Source: Geopsychrobacteraceae bacterium
Lineage (GTDB): Bacteria > Desulfobacterota > Desulfuromonadia > Desulfuromonadales > Geopsychrobacteraceae
Assembly (NCBI GenBank): GCA_963676795.2
Contig: CAXXTB010000002.1
Span: 1,248,001 to 1,312,000 of the forward strand
Reading direction: 5' to 3'
Length of the DNA stretch: 64,000 bases
Under the pieces are notes generated by a model that was not told the DNA's origin, searched no databases, and worked only from the letters and a program-made list of their open reading frames with translations. A program made the position numbers and the translations under genes. Below, in pieces: positions 21,901 through 30,225 of this stretch (position 1 is the stretch's first letter; each line of letters opens with the position of its first letter).

Positions 21901-22300
21901 CTATGGAACGCCGGGGAGCGAGCTCTCTAAAGGGGTGGAAAAGGCGACCCAGGCCGTTGAGCGCATTGTTCAGAGTGAACGGGGACGCTGGATTCTGGCA
22001 GCTCACACCGATCATCAATGTGAGCTGCCGATTTCCGGAGTCGTTGACGGTCAGCTGGTCCACGCCATCATCGACAGAACCTTTATCGCAGATGGGATCT
22101 GCTGGATCATCGACTACAAAAACAGCACACCGGCCAGCAACGAGACGCTTGAGACCTTTGTGCAGCGGGAGGCCGGACGTTATCGTAGCCAGCTCTATGC
22201 CTATACCCGCTTACGCGAGACACAGTTGCCGCAAATCCAGGTGCGCGCAGCGCTTTATTTTCCGCTCGCCGATGCCTGGTATGAATATGCAGATTTTTAA
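18983..22300 (+). CDS. AddA/RecB-like UvrD helicase-nuclease
   Basis: APAGSGKT, ITFTNKAAAEM, VDEFQDTS, VGDPMQSIYRFR, NFRS, TIHKSKGLEF, LYVATTRA; C-terminal IDR..IIDYK..QL..Y. ATGA overlap with the upstream gene. Confidence 0.88.
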   Translation: MSRIVDAEARRLALDGSRSFIVQAPAGSGKTELLIQRLLVLLNSAERPQQILAITFTNKAAAEMRQRLLEALVMARDEPKPEEAHKAVTWQLARAAFERHGEALLKNPAQLAIQTIDSFNAALVRKMPWLSRFGGVPQVREDASALYSKAVEQLMGQLDNQDQTGEALRTLLRHFDNRLGQVEQMLVGMLAKRDQWLRYLASEHGTSHQQLQENLEQFCALQLEALVRSFPPALADELLFCASYAARNCPDLEPLVALCLPLPSGYMALPLWQALAELLLTASGEVRKTVNKNNGFPAGNEGKAAKQRMLELLTGCGECRDFVTQLAAVRTMPGHFSSEQWQVLRAVLDLLPMLLVELWLVFRQQSKIDFSEIALKAGQALGRSDNPSDLLLRIDNDLQHILVDEFQDTSRLQYSLLNILTSGWLQGDGRTLFLVGDPMQSIYRFREAEVGLFLQSFGGDFGANGLKLTPLTLQCNFRSQQGIVDWVNRSFKEIFPPATDIDSGAVSLSRAHAVHDPLDGMACSFYPYSVQDDKAEARQVVEIIRETRIRDPQGTIAILVRGRTHLREILPLLRANCLSYQAQDIDQLGARPAALDLVALVRALLHRGDRLAWLAVLRAPWSGLALNDLHVLLAGHPRRSVPALLRDDKLRQGLSPAGQQRLQAVAAVLLNALDQRGRFPLRDLIERCWFALGAASCYDSEGLADAELVFALIEDLQQGGELEDLDQLEREVGRLFARADASADARLQIMTIHKSKGLEFDTVIIPGLGKTTGRSESPLLRWLEHPHCGLLLAPRAASGADKDPLYQLIGRLEQQKGRLEDGRLLYVATTRAIKRLHLLGHATANKAGEFIPAKGSLLEQLWPLVKMQFAPSEDPVAETLQTVQAHLKRLPLDWHPPVMSGVELPEQVVNTTASVHGDLDSGQLFSGWETPLYRHVGTLVHWQLEQLARRGCEAWTEQCPKLRQQRLKKILSGYGTPGSELSKGVEKATQAVERIVQSERGRWILAAHTDHQCELPISGVVDGQLVHAIIDRTFIADGICWIIDYKNSTPASNETLETFVQREAGRYRSQLYAYTRLRETQLPQIQVRAALYFPLADAWYEYADF

Positions 22301-22339
22301 GCAGGGAATTTACATTTGATAGAGGCGAACAGTCCGTCT

Positions 22340-22810
22340 CTAGAGTGTCGGGCAAAAGTTGTTAAGAATTTGTCCGGTCAGGTAGCTCTTTTGCGGGTTG
22401 ATGCGAACGAGGCTCTTGATATTCTGTGATGCCAGAACCAGACGGAACTGATTGTCTTCACGGTTGACAAGGGTCAGGTCGATATTCTTTTTCAGCGAGC
22501 CGATACGCATTTCTGTTTCGATGACATAGCACCACTCACGGTCACCGTTGTCAAAAGTCACCAGTCTGCGGGTTTTCACCGGTACGACAGAGTAAACTTC
22601 GACGTCGACATTGTTCTGAATCGGATGGATGCCAAAGCTGATCATCAGGTCTTCACCCTCTTTGAACGTCGAAAAATCGAAGATGCTGAGTATCGAATGT
22701 TTCGACTCCGTATCGACCTGGGCTTCGATGGCCGGAATTTTAAGTGCCGGAAAGGAAACCCATTCACACCAGCCGATATCGAGCAAGAGTGAATTCTTGT
22801 TTTTACGCAT
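22340..22810 (-). CDS. Retropepsin-like 'ATP-dependent zinc protease' (RimB-like) family protein with degenerate motifs
   Basis: IGWCEWVSFP, AQVDTES (family norm AKIDTGA), RLVTFDNG..E, LTLVNR, INPQKSYL. Confidence 0.7.
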   Translation of the reverse strand: MRKNKNSLLLDIGWCEWVSFPALKIPAIEAQVDTESKHSILSIFDFSTFKEGEDLMISFGIHPIQNNVDVEVYSVVPVKTRRLVTFDNGDREWCYVIETEMRIGSLKKNIDLTLVNREDNQFRLVLASQNIKSLVRINPQKSYLTGQILNNFCPTL

Positions 22811-23079
22811 AGATGTTACCCCTTTCAATATTGGTCTCCGCTAATATCGATACTTTACCCATACTTGCGGGAAAAGTAAATTGTTCTAATGTAAAAAAGT
22901 TTGGAATGCCTTTTTCTGTTTCTAATGTTACCCTGATGCTAGGCAAAATCGAAAAATAATGAGCAAACATATATAATCCAATAAATCAACTGTCTTGTCA
23001 GCAATTTTGTTATAATTTCTCATGGTTACGCCAAATTTTCTGGTTTGCCTGCCAAATTCGCTGACAACTGGAGGCCTCT

Positions 23080-25449
23080 ATGTCGTTTCTTGCCAAAACC
23101 GGTCTGTTTATTGTTGGGCTGATCATTGTGATCTTTAGCGCCTTGACAATTCTGGTCAAGACCCAGGTGACCCCGGAAAAAGTCAGGGAAACGGTTGCTC
23201 CATTGGCCGAAAGGCATCTGCAGCGGACGATCGATTTCGGCGATATCAGCGTCGGTCTGTTCAGCGGAATCTCGCTTGCAGATTTTGAGATCAGGGAGAA
23301 GAACTCTGACACTGTGTTTATTCGTCTGAAAAAACTGACCCTCAGTTATCGTTTTTGGGCGCTTCTGAAGGGGAAGGTCGCCATTGATCAGGTTGAGCTG
23401 GTTGAACCTGAGATCAATATTGTCAGAAAGGCGGACGGTTCTTTTAATTTCGATGATCTGACCGGGGGCTCTGCATCCACTACGGCCGCGCAAACTGGCA
23501 AAAAGGATTCAGGGACCGGGGCTCTTGGTTCCTTTCTGGTGGTGAACAGGGTGACAATCAGTGATGGAACGATCATGTTTGTCGATCAGTATGCCAATCC
23601 CAAATCCCCTTACCGTTATGCTCTCAGCGAGTTGAATTTCACGGCGCGTGATATCGCTCTGGATAAACTGTTTCCGTTCGATTTTTCGAGTGGAATCAAC
23701 GGCTCGAAACTGATGATCTCCGGACACTATAACCTGGCGATGAAAACCGGCGATATCTATGTTGATCTGGCTCCTCTCGAGCTGGTTCAGTTTGCACCCT
23801 ATTATCGTGACAGTCTGCCCGGCAAACTCGGCAGTGCGAAGCTGGGCCTGACCCTCGATGCGACCCTGCTGGGAAATGCGATTTCGACCAAGGGAAAGGT
23901 GATACTCAACGATCTGGACCTTGTTCTCGATTCCTTACCTGATGCTCCTCTGAATCACGCCAGCCTGCAGACCGATTATTCGCTCAATTTTAATACGGTC
24001 AGCAGGCTCCTTGAACTCCCAGCTTTACTGGTCAATTTCAATGGAATTTCCGCTGAGGTCGACGGAACTGTCGATCTGGGGAGCTCAGATCCGATGCTCG
24101 ATCTGAATCTGGTTGTAGAAAAACTCGACCTGCGTCAGGCGATCAAGAGTGTTCCGGAGGCGCTGGTGCGCAGTGTCGCCGATTTCAGTCCCGCCGGTAT
24201 GATCAGTGCCCGGTTTAAGTTGGCAGGTCCTCTAAGCCGGGGTTCCGCACTGCTCAATCAGGCGGAGATCGGTCTTGAGGATGTCCAGGCCAGCGTCGCG
24301 GCCTTGCGGGCCGGAATCAGCGGAGATATCAGTTACCGCAACAATTCACTGGGGAGCAATAATCTGGCTCTGGCGTTGGGCGATCAGCGCCTCGATCTCG
24401 ATTTTGCGGCGACCAATATCTTCAGCAGGGTGATCAAGGGCGAATTTGGTCTGTCAGCCAGGGAACTGGATCTTAATCAGTTGCTCGGGCAGCTCTCTTC
24501 GGGGCAGCCGGAAATTGTTGCCGGGGGGAGCTCCGATGAGACTGTTGTCACCGAGGAACTCGGTCCCTTTGATCTGCCTCTCGATATGCAGGGTACGCTG
24601 AAGATCGATAAAATGACCTACAAGCGGCTGCCACTTGAGCGCGTTGTCGCTGATATGACCCTCAAGAACAACCAGCTGAAAATCACCAACCTGTCCTCTT
24701 CGGTCGGGCGTGGTGAGCTGAAGCTCTCCTCGAACGTTGATCTGGGTGTCAAGGGATTGCAATACCAGGGGCAGATGAACATGCAGATGCCCGATGTCTC
24801 GACCCTGTTGAACGGTCTGCTCCCCGGCGTTCAGCAGCAAGTGACCGGGGCTATCTCCTGGCAGAACAGCTTCGCCGGGCAGGGGACTTTGCCGAAGCGG
24901 ATTCTCAACGCGTTGCAGATGCAGGGGGAAGTCTCACTGAGTCAGGGGAGCCTGCAGAATGTTGCCCTTGTCGAGCAGTTGGCAAGCTTTATCGGTGCTC
25001 CGGAACTGAAGAGTTTCAGCTACGACAGCTTCAACGGTCGCTATAACCTGAGAAACGGGCTCACCTACCTGAACACGGAACTGAACAGTTCTGTGGCCAG
25101 ACTGGCACCGAAAGGGACCGTCGGCGTCGATGGCGATCTTGATCTGAGCCTGAATACCAAACTTGCGCCTCAGCTGATGAAGCGCTTGGGGGACAGCAGC
25201 CTGGTCAATCGTTTTCTGGTCGATAATGAAGGATGGGGGCAGGTTCCTCTACAGGTTGGTGGCTCACTGACCAGCCCAAAAATCAGTTTTGATGCAGCGG
25301 CACTTGAAAAACAGGCGATTGAGAAAGCGAAACAGGAGGCCGAGAAGAGACTGCTTGAGAAACTCGTTCCAAAAGAGGCTGAGCAGGGGACCCAGGAGCC
25401 GGTCAAGCAGCTTCTTGATCAGACCCTGAACAAACTGTTCAGGCAGTAG
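23080..25449 (+). CDS. AsmA family protein
   Basis: N-terminal TM; VELVEPEINIVRKADGSFNFDDL; long beta-rich body; C-terminal VPLQVGGSLTSPKI. Confidence 0.8.
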   Translation: MSFLAKTGLFIVGLIIVIFSALTILVKTQVTPEKVRETVAPLAERHLQRTIDFGDISVGLFSGISLADFEIREKNSDTVFIRLKKLTLSYRFWALLKGKVAIDQVELVEPEINIVRKADGSFNFDDLTGGSASTTAAQTGKKDSGTGALGSFLVVNRVTISDGTIMFVDQYANPKSPYRYALSELNFTARDIALDKLFPFDFSSGINGSKLMISGHYNLAMKTGDIYVDLAPLELVQFAPYYRDSLPGKLGSAKLGLTLDATLLGNAISTKGKVILNDLDLVLDSLPDAPLNHASLQTDYSLNFNTVSRLLELPALLVNFNGISAEVDGTVDLGSSDPMLDLNLVVEKLDLRQAIKSVPEALVRSVADFSPAGMISARFKLAGPLSRGSALLNQAEIGLEDVQASVAALRAGISGDISYRNNSLGSNNLALALGDQRLDLDFAATNIFSRVIKGEFGLSARELDLNQLLGQLSSGQPEIVAGGSSDETVVTEELGPFDLPLDMQGTLKIDKMTYKRLPLERVVADMTLKNNQLKITNLSSSVGRGELKLSSNVDLGVKGLQYQGQMNMQMPDVSTLLNGLLPGVQQQVTGAISWQNSFAGQGTLPKRILNALQMQGEVSLSQGSLQNVALVEQLASFIGAPELKSFSYDSFNGRYNLRNGLTYLNTELNSSVARLAPKGTVGVDGDLDLSLNTKLAPQLMKRLGDSSLVNRFLVDNEGWGQVPLQVGGSLTSPKISFDAAALEKQAIEKAKQEAEKRLLEKLVPKEAEQGTQEPVKQLLDQTLNKLFRQ

Positions 25450-25817
25450 TATTGGGCTTGTTAAAGGCTTTTGTTCTGGCTTTCGGCGTCACTCCGTAGA
25501 GAACTGTTGCCGTCGGCCCAGAATGCATAAAGGCACTCGCCGCGCTGGATTCAGGCCGGACCTATCTTATTTACTCAGACAGTTGCGTGACATTGCTAGG
25601 CGCGCCAGAAACCATGACCAAATCTATGCAATATGCAAGGTAGGAGGTTCATATTGCTGGAACAAACCATATACAATGCTGCATACGGGTTATTTTGCTA
25701 ATGAAATACCGGGGTCTTGCAATGCAGCAGTCTTCCAGTGGCAAGGAATCCCCAGCTGCTTATTGATGATTAATGCTTTTCTACGGATTTTACAGACGGC
25801 GGGTCCCGGCGTTTTTG

Positions 25818-27182
25818 TCAAAGTCCATGCTGTCTCGTCACGCTGCGCATGGTGACAAATTCTTCGGCGCTGGTCGGGTGGATGCCGATGGTCTGGTCGA
25901 AGATTTTTTTGGTGGCACCGGCCTTGAGCGCAACGGCAATCCCCTGAATGGTTTCTCCGGCGTGTTCGCCGACCATATGGGCGCCGACGACGCGATCTGT
26001 CTGGTGATCAACGACCAGTTTCATCATGAATTTGTCGCCGCTGCGGCTTAAGGCGTGTTTCAGTGGAGTGAATTTCGACAGGTAGATATCGACCTGTTCA
26101 AACTGCTGGATTGCCTGCTCCTCGCTCAGACCGACTGTCGCGATGTTCGGCTGAGAGAACACGGCACTTGGGATTAAATCATAGTTGAGCCTGTCCGCGG
26201 CCCCCTGGTAGAGGTTACGCACCAGGGTCATGGCTTCGGCCAGGGCGACCGGGGTGAGCTGGACCCTGTCGATGACATCGCCAAGGGCGTAGACTGATGG
26301 GATGGAGGTCTGAAAATAGTCGTCAACCGCAACTGCACCTGAAGCTGTGATTTCAATGCCGTTTTCTTCCAGACCAAGCCCAGCGATGTTCGGACGGCGA
26401 CCGGTTGCCGCCAGGATCAGTTCGGTGGTGAAGCTGGTGCCGTCATTGAGGAGAGCCTGGTAGCCTTCGGTAGTCTGTGAGACGGCCGTCAGGTCGCAGT
26501 TGAAACGCAGATCGACGCCTGAACGACGCATTTCTTCGGCGACAAATTCACGTACGTCGCGATCAAAACCGCGCAGGAAGAGCTCCTTGCGATAGATCTG
26601 AATCACATTGACGCCAAGGGCGTTGAGAATACCGGCAAATTCACAGGCGATATAACCGCCGCCAACGATCAGAATCTGTCCGGGAAGGGAGGGGAGGCTG
26701 AACATGTCGTTCGAGCTTTTCAGGTATTCCTTGCCGGGAATATCGGGAAACTGCGGTGTGCCGCCGGGGGCCAGCAGGATGCGTTCGGCGCTGTAGGTTC
26801 TGTCGCCAACGCTGACACTCTGCGCTCCGCTCAGGCGGGCGTGGCCATGAATGATTTCGGCTCCGGCCTGTTCAACCATGCCGGCGATGAAATTACTGTT
26901 GCGTTCCAGGACCGTAGCGGTATTGTCACGCAGGACATTCCAGCTGAAACCGTCGACTGCCAGGTTCCAGCCGAAGCGCTCTGCCTGGGCAATGAAGGCG
27001 TGGTAGTCGGCCGCATAGGAGAAGAGTTTTTTCGGCACACAGCCTAAATTGACGCAGGTTCCGCCAGGACGTGCATATTCGGCAACGGCAACTCTGACTC
27101 CCTGTGCCGCGGCCATCCGTGCGGCCCGGACGCCGCCGGAACCGGCGCCGATGACAAATAGATCGTAATCGTAGTTGCTCAT
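25818..27182 (-). CDS. gor: Glutathione-disulfide reductase
   Basis: YDLFVIGAGSGGVRAAR; redox motif GGTCVNLGCVPKK; GGGYIACEFAG; LRGFD; GIHPTSAEEFVTMR. Confidence 0.88.
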   Translation of the reverse strand: MSNYDYDLFVIGAGSGGVRAARMAAAQGVRVAVAEYARPGGTCVNLGCVPKKLFSYAADYHAFIAQAERFGWNLAVDGFSWNVLRDNTATVLERNSNFIAGMVEQAGAEIIHGHARLSGAQSVSVGDRTYSAERILLAPGGTPQFPDIPGKEYLKSSNDMFSLPSLPGQILIVGGGYIACEFAGILNALGVNVIQIYRKELFLRGFDRDVREFVAEEMRRSGVDLRFNCDLTAVSQTTEGYQALLNDGTSFTTELILAATGRRPNIAGLGLEENGIEITASGAVAVDDYFQTSIPSVYALGDVIDRVQLTPVALAEAMTLVRNLYQGAADRLNYDLIPSAVFSQPNIATVGLSEEQAIQQFEQVDIYLSKFTPLKHALSRSGDKFMMKLVVDHQTDRVVGAHMVGEHAGETIQGIAVALKAGATKKIFDQTIGIHPTSAEEFVTMRSVTRQHGL

Positions 27183-27200
27183 GACTATCTCCTTTGCGGG

Positions 27201-28592
27201 TCAACCGACTTCGTTGTATTCGCGCCGTCTGAATTTTACACCGAGTTCGTTAGCGATCTGTTCGCAGGCCCCAATATCGACGCCGGGGTAGGTCACGGCG
27301 GTCGCGGTGACATCCGGTATGTAGTCACCAGCCTGACGAAGGAAGTCCTTGACCCCTTCAAAGCCTTTTTGACCACCGAACTCCGACTGGCACAGCGACT
27401 GGTATTCTTCCGCCGATGAGGCGTTCAGCGAGATCGAGATGGCATCGATCAGCCCTTTGAGCTCAGGCAGTATGTTGCGGCCGTGGACCAGGTTCGCCTG
27501 TCCGTCACTGTTGATCCTGATCTTGACCCCCTGCTTCTTGAGCCATCCCGCAATCTCGACAATAAGGTCGAGGCGCAGCAGCGGTTCTCCGTAGCCGCAG
27601 AAGACAATTTCCGTGTAACGGGTCGGGTCGCCGATTGCCTGTTTGACCTCATCGACGGAAGGTTCATGATCGAGCTTCAGTTCGTGTCCTTTGACAACAA
27701 AATCCTCAAACTTGGCGCAGAAGATACAGCTGTTGGTGCAGCGGTTGGTGATATTGAGGTAGAGAGAATCTCGAATCTGGTAGGCGATTTTGGTCCTCTG
27801 ATCGACCTCACCAAAGCCGAACAGGTCATAGCAGTTGCGGCTGGTGATGCGAGCCACATCTTCGCTGGTCAGCCCTTTGATTTCAGCGACCTTATCCGCG
27901 GTAAAGCGCACATAGGCCGGTTCGTTGCGCTTGCCCCTGAATTTCTGCGGGGAGAGGTAAGGGCAGTCGGTTTCGACCAGGATTTTGTCGATCGAGATGC
28001 CTTTGACCACCTCGAGCAGTTCCTCGTTTTTCGGGTAGGTGATCGTCCCGGGAAAGGAGATGTAAAAACCGAGCTCCAGGCACTTTCGCGCCATCTCGGC
28101 ATCGCCGCTGAAACAGTGGATGACACCGCCGATCTCGAAGGCCTTTTCTTCCTTGAGTATCTGGACAACCTCATCATGGGCAGCACGGTCATGGATGATC
28201 AGCGGTTTGCCAACTTCGCGGGCAAGGCGGATCTGGCTGCGAAAGGCCTGGCGCTGAACATCACGCGGTGCACGGTCACGGTAGAAATCGAGACCGGTTT
28301 CACCGACGGCGACGACCTTGGGATGGGCGCAGAGCTGTTTCAGCTCGGCCAGCGTCTCTCTACTGATTTCCGCTGCGTCGTGGGGATGGACGCCGACCGA
28401 GGCGTAGATGTTGTCATACTTCTCCGCGATGGCGATACTGGCACGGGAACTGGCCAGGTCGCAACCGACGGTGAGGATGTGGCTGATACCGTTTTCTGTG
28501 GCTCTTTGGACGGTCTGGTCGAGATCTCCGGCGAATTGCCCGCCGTCGAGATGGGCGTGGCTGTCGACCAGAGAATGGGCTTGGTTCTGCAT
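27201..28592 (-). CDS. tatD: TatD family nuclease fused to a C-terminal radical SAM domain
   Basis: DSHAHL, GVHPH, GETGLD, IHDR, HCFSG, ETDCP; then NITNRCTNSCIFC (CxxxCxxC) and FCGYGEP. Confidence 0.88.
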   Translation of the reverse strand: MQNQAHSLVDSHAHLDGGQFAGDLDQTVQRATENGISHILTVGCDLASSRASIAIAEKYDNIYASVGVHPHDAAEISRETLAELKQLCAHPKVVAVGETGLDFYRDRAPRDVQRQAFRSQIRLAREVGKPLIIHDRAAHDEVVQILKEEKAFEIGGVIHCFSGDAEMARKCLELGFYISFPGTITYPKNEELLEVVKGISIDKILVETDCPYLSPQKFRGKRNEPAYVRFTADKVAEIKGLTSEDVARITSRNCYDLFGFGEVDQRTKIAYQIRDSLYLNITNRCTNSCIFCAKFEDFVVKGHELKLDHEPSVDEVKQAIGDPTRYTEIVFCGYGEPLLRLDLIVEIAGWLKKQGVKIRINSDGQANLVHGRNILPELKGLIDAISISLNASSAEEYQSLCQSEFGGQKGFEGVKDFLRQAGDYIPDVTATAVTYPGVDIGACEQIANELGVKFRRREYNEVG

Positions 28593-28659
28593 CTGCTGCT
28601 CCAAAAAAGCAGGGCGCTCTGAAGCGCCCTGTAAATATATTTTTGATCTTGAATTCAGT

Positions 28660-30189
28660 CTACTCGGTTTCGATCCGCGGGAAAAGAGGGGAGGCCTTTT
28701 CGATGGCGCTGCCCGGTTTCAGGCCGCCCCAGACATCCTGTCCTTCGAGGCTGGTATTCTCCGGGTCGCAGCCGAGGATCGCCAGGATCTTGCTGCCGGT
28801 CTCTGGCATGAAGGGAGCGACCAACAGGGCGATAACGCGGATACCTTCCAGCAGGTTGTAGATGACGGTGGCGAGGCGTTGCTGTTGTTCCGGATCCTTG
28901 GCCAGTGCCCATGGCGCTGTCTCATCGATGTACTTGTTGCCGGCGGAGATCAGTTCCCAGATACTCATCAGTGCCTTGTTGAAGGCCATCTCGTCGATCT
29001 GGCCGTCGACCTTCTCGATGTTGGCTTTGAAAAGAGCGATGAAGTTATCGTCAACCTCGGTTGTTGCGGCCGGAGCTGGCAAGGTGCCGCCGAAATACTT
29101 GCCGAGCATGGCCGTTGAGCGGCTGACCAGATTGCCGAGGTCGTTGGCCAGATCGGAGTTGATGCGGTGAACCAGCGCATTGTGCGAGAAGTCGCCATCG
29201 AGTCCGAAGGGAACTTCGCGCAGCAGGAAGTAGCGGATCGCGTCGACGCCGTACTTGTCGATCAGCATATTCGGCTCGACAACATTGCGCAGGCTCTTGC
29301 TCATCTTCTGTCCTTCGACAGTCCACCAGCCATGGGCGAAGACCTTTTTCGGCAGCGGCAGGCCGGCAGCCATCAGGAAGGTCGGCCAGTAGACGGCATG
29401 AAAGCGCAGGATGTCCTTGCCGATGATGTGGTTGCCCGGCCAGAAGGTCGCGTAGTCGCCGTCCTTGTCCGCCGGAAATCCGAGGGCCGAGATATAATTG
29501 TGCAGCGCGTCGAACCAGACATAGATGACATGTCTTTCGTTGCCGGGCACCGGGATCCCCCAGGAGAAGGAGGTCCGGGAGATCGACAGGTCGCGCAGCC
29601 CTTCGCGGACAAAGCTCAGGATCTCGTTACGCCGGGATTTCGGCTGGATGAAGTCCGGGTTCTCCTCGATATGCTTGAGCAGCTGGTCCTGATATTTGCT
29701 CATGCGGAAGAAGTAGGACTCTTCCTTTAACTTGGTGGTCGGCCGGCCACAATCCGGGCAGTTGCCGTCGAGCAGCTGGGTCTCGGTCCAGAAGGTTTCG
29801 CAGGGGGTGCAGTACCAGTCCTCGTATTCGCCGAGGTAGATGTCACCGGTCGCTTCAATCGCCTTGAACTGCTCCTGAACCGCATGCTTATGACGTTCCT
29901 GGGTGGTACGGATAAAATCGGTGTTGGAGATGTTCAGTTTTTCCCACAACCCCTGAAAGCGTTTGACCACCCGGTCGGCGAGTTCCAGCGGGGTTTCGCC
30001 GTTGGCCTTGGCCGCGGTTTCAACCTTCTGGCCGTGCTCGTCAGTTCCGGTCAGAAAGGCGACCTCGAATCCGCGGGCACGCTTGTAGCGGGCAATGACG
30101 TCGCAGGCCAGGGTCGTGTAGGCATGGCCGATATGCGGAACGTCATTGACGTAATAGATCGGGGTGGTGACGTAAAAACTTTGACTCAT
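28660..30189 (-). CDS. metG: Methionine--tRNA ligase (short form, no C-terminal tRNA-binding domain)
   Basis: YVTTPIYYVN, HIGH, TGTDEHG, YVWFDAL, GKDILRFH, KMSKS. Confidence 0.95.
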   Translation of the reverse strand: MSQSFYVTTPIYYVNDVPHIGHAYTTLACDVIARYKRARGFEVAFLTGTDEHGQKVETAAKANGETPLELADRVVKRFQGLWEKLNISNTDFIRTTQERHKHAVQEQFKAIEATGDIYLGEYEDWYCTPCETFWTETQLLDGNCPDCGRPTTKLKEESYFFRMSKYQDQLLKHIEENPDFIQPKSRRNEILSFVREGLRDLSISRTSFSWGIPVPGNERHVIYVWFDALHNYISALGFPADKDGDYATFWPGNHIIGKDILRFHAVYWPTFLMAAGLPLPKKVFAHGWWTVEGQKMSKSLRNVVEPNMLIDKYGVDAIRYFLLREVPFGLDGDFSHNALVHRINSDLANDLGNLVSRSTAMLGKYFGGTLPAPAATTEVDDNFIALFKANIEKVDGQIDEMAFNKALMSIWELISAGNKYIDETAPWALAKDPEQQQRLATVIYNLLEGIRVIALLVAPFMPETGSKILAILGCDPENTSLEGQDVWGGLKPGSAIEKASPLFPRIETE

Positions 30190-30225
30190 ATTGTGAACTC
30201 CCATGTTGAGATGGCTATGTCTTTA

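Noticed and set aside
25523..25855. 110-aa ORF, and cobalamin-riboswitch-like words (GCCACTG, CGCAACTGT) on the minus strand
   Set aside because: The ORF has no clear SD, atypical composition and overlaps the end of gor. The riboswitch words are in the wrong order and lie at gene 3' ends.
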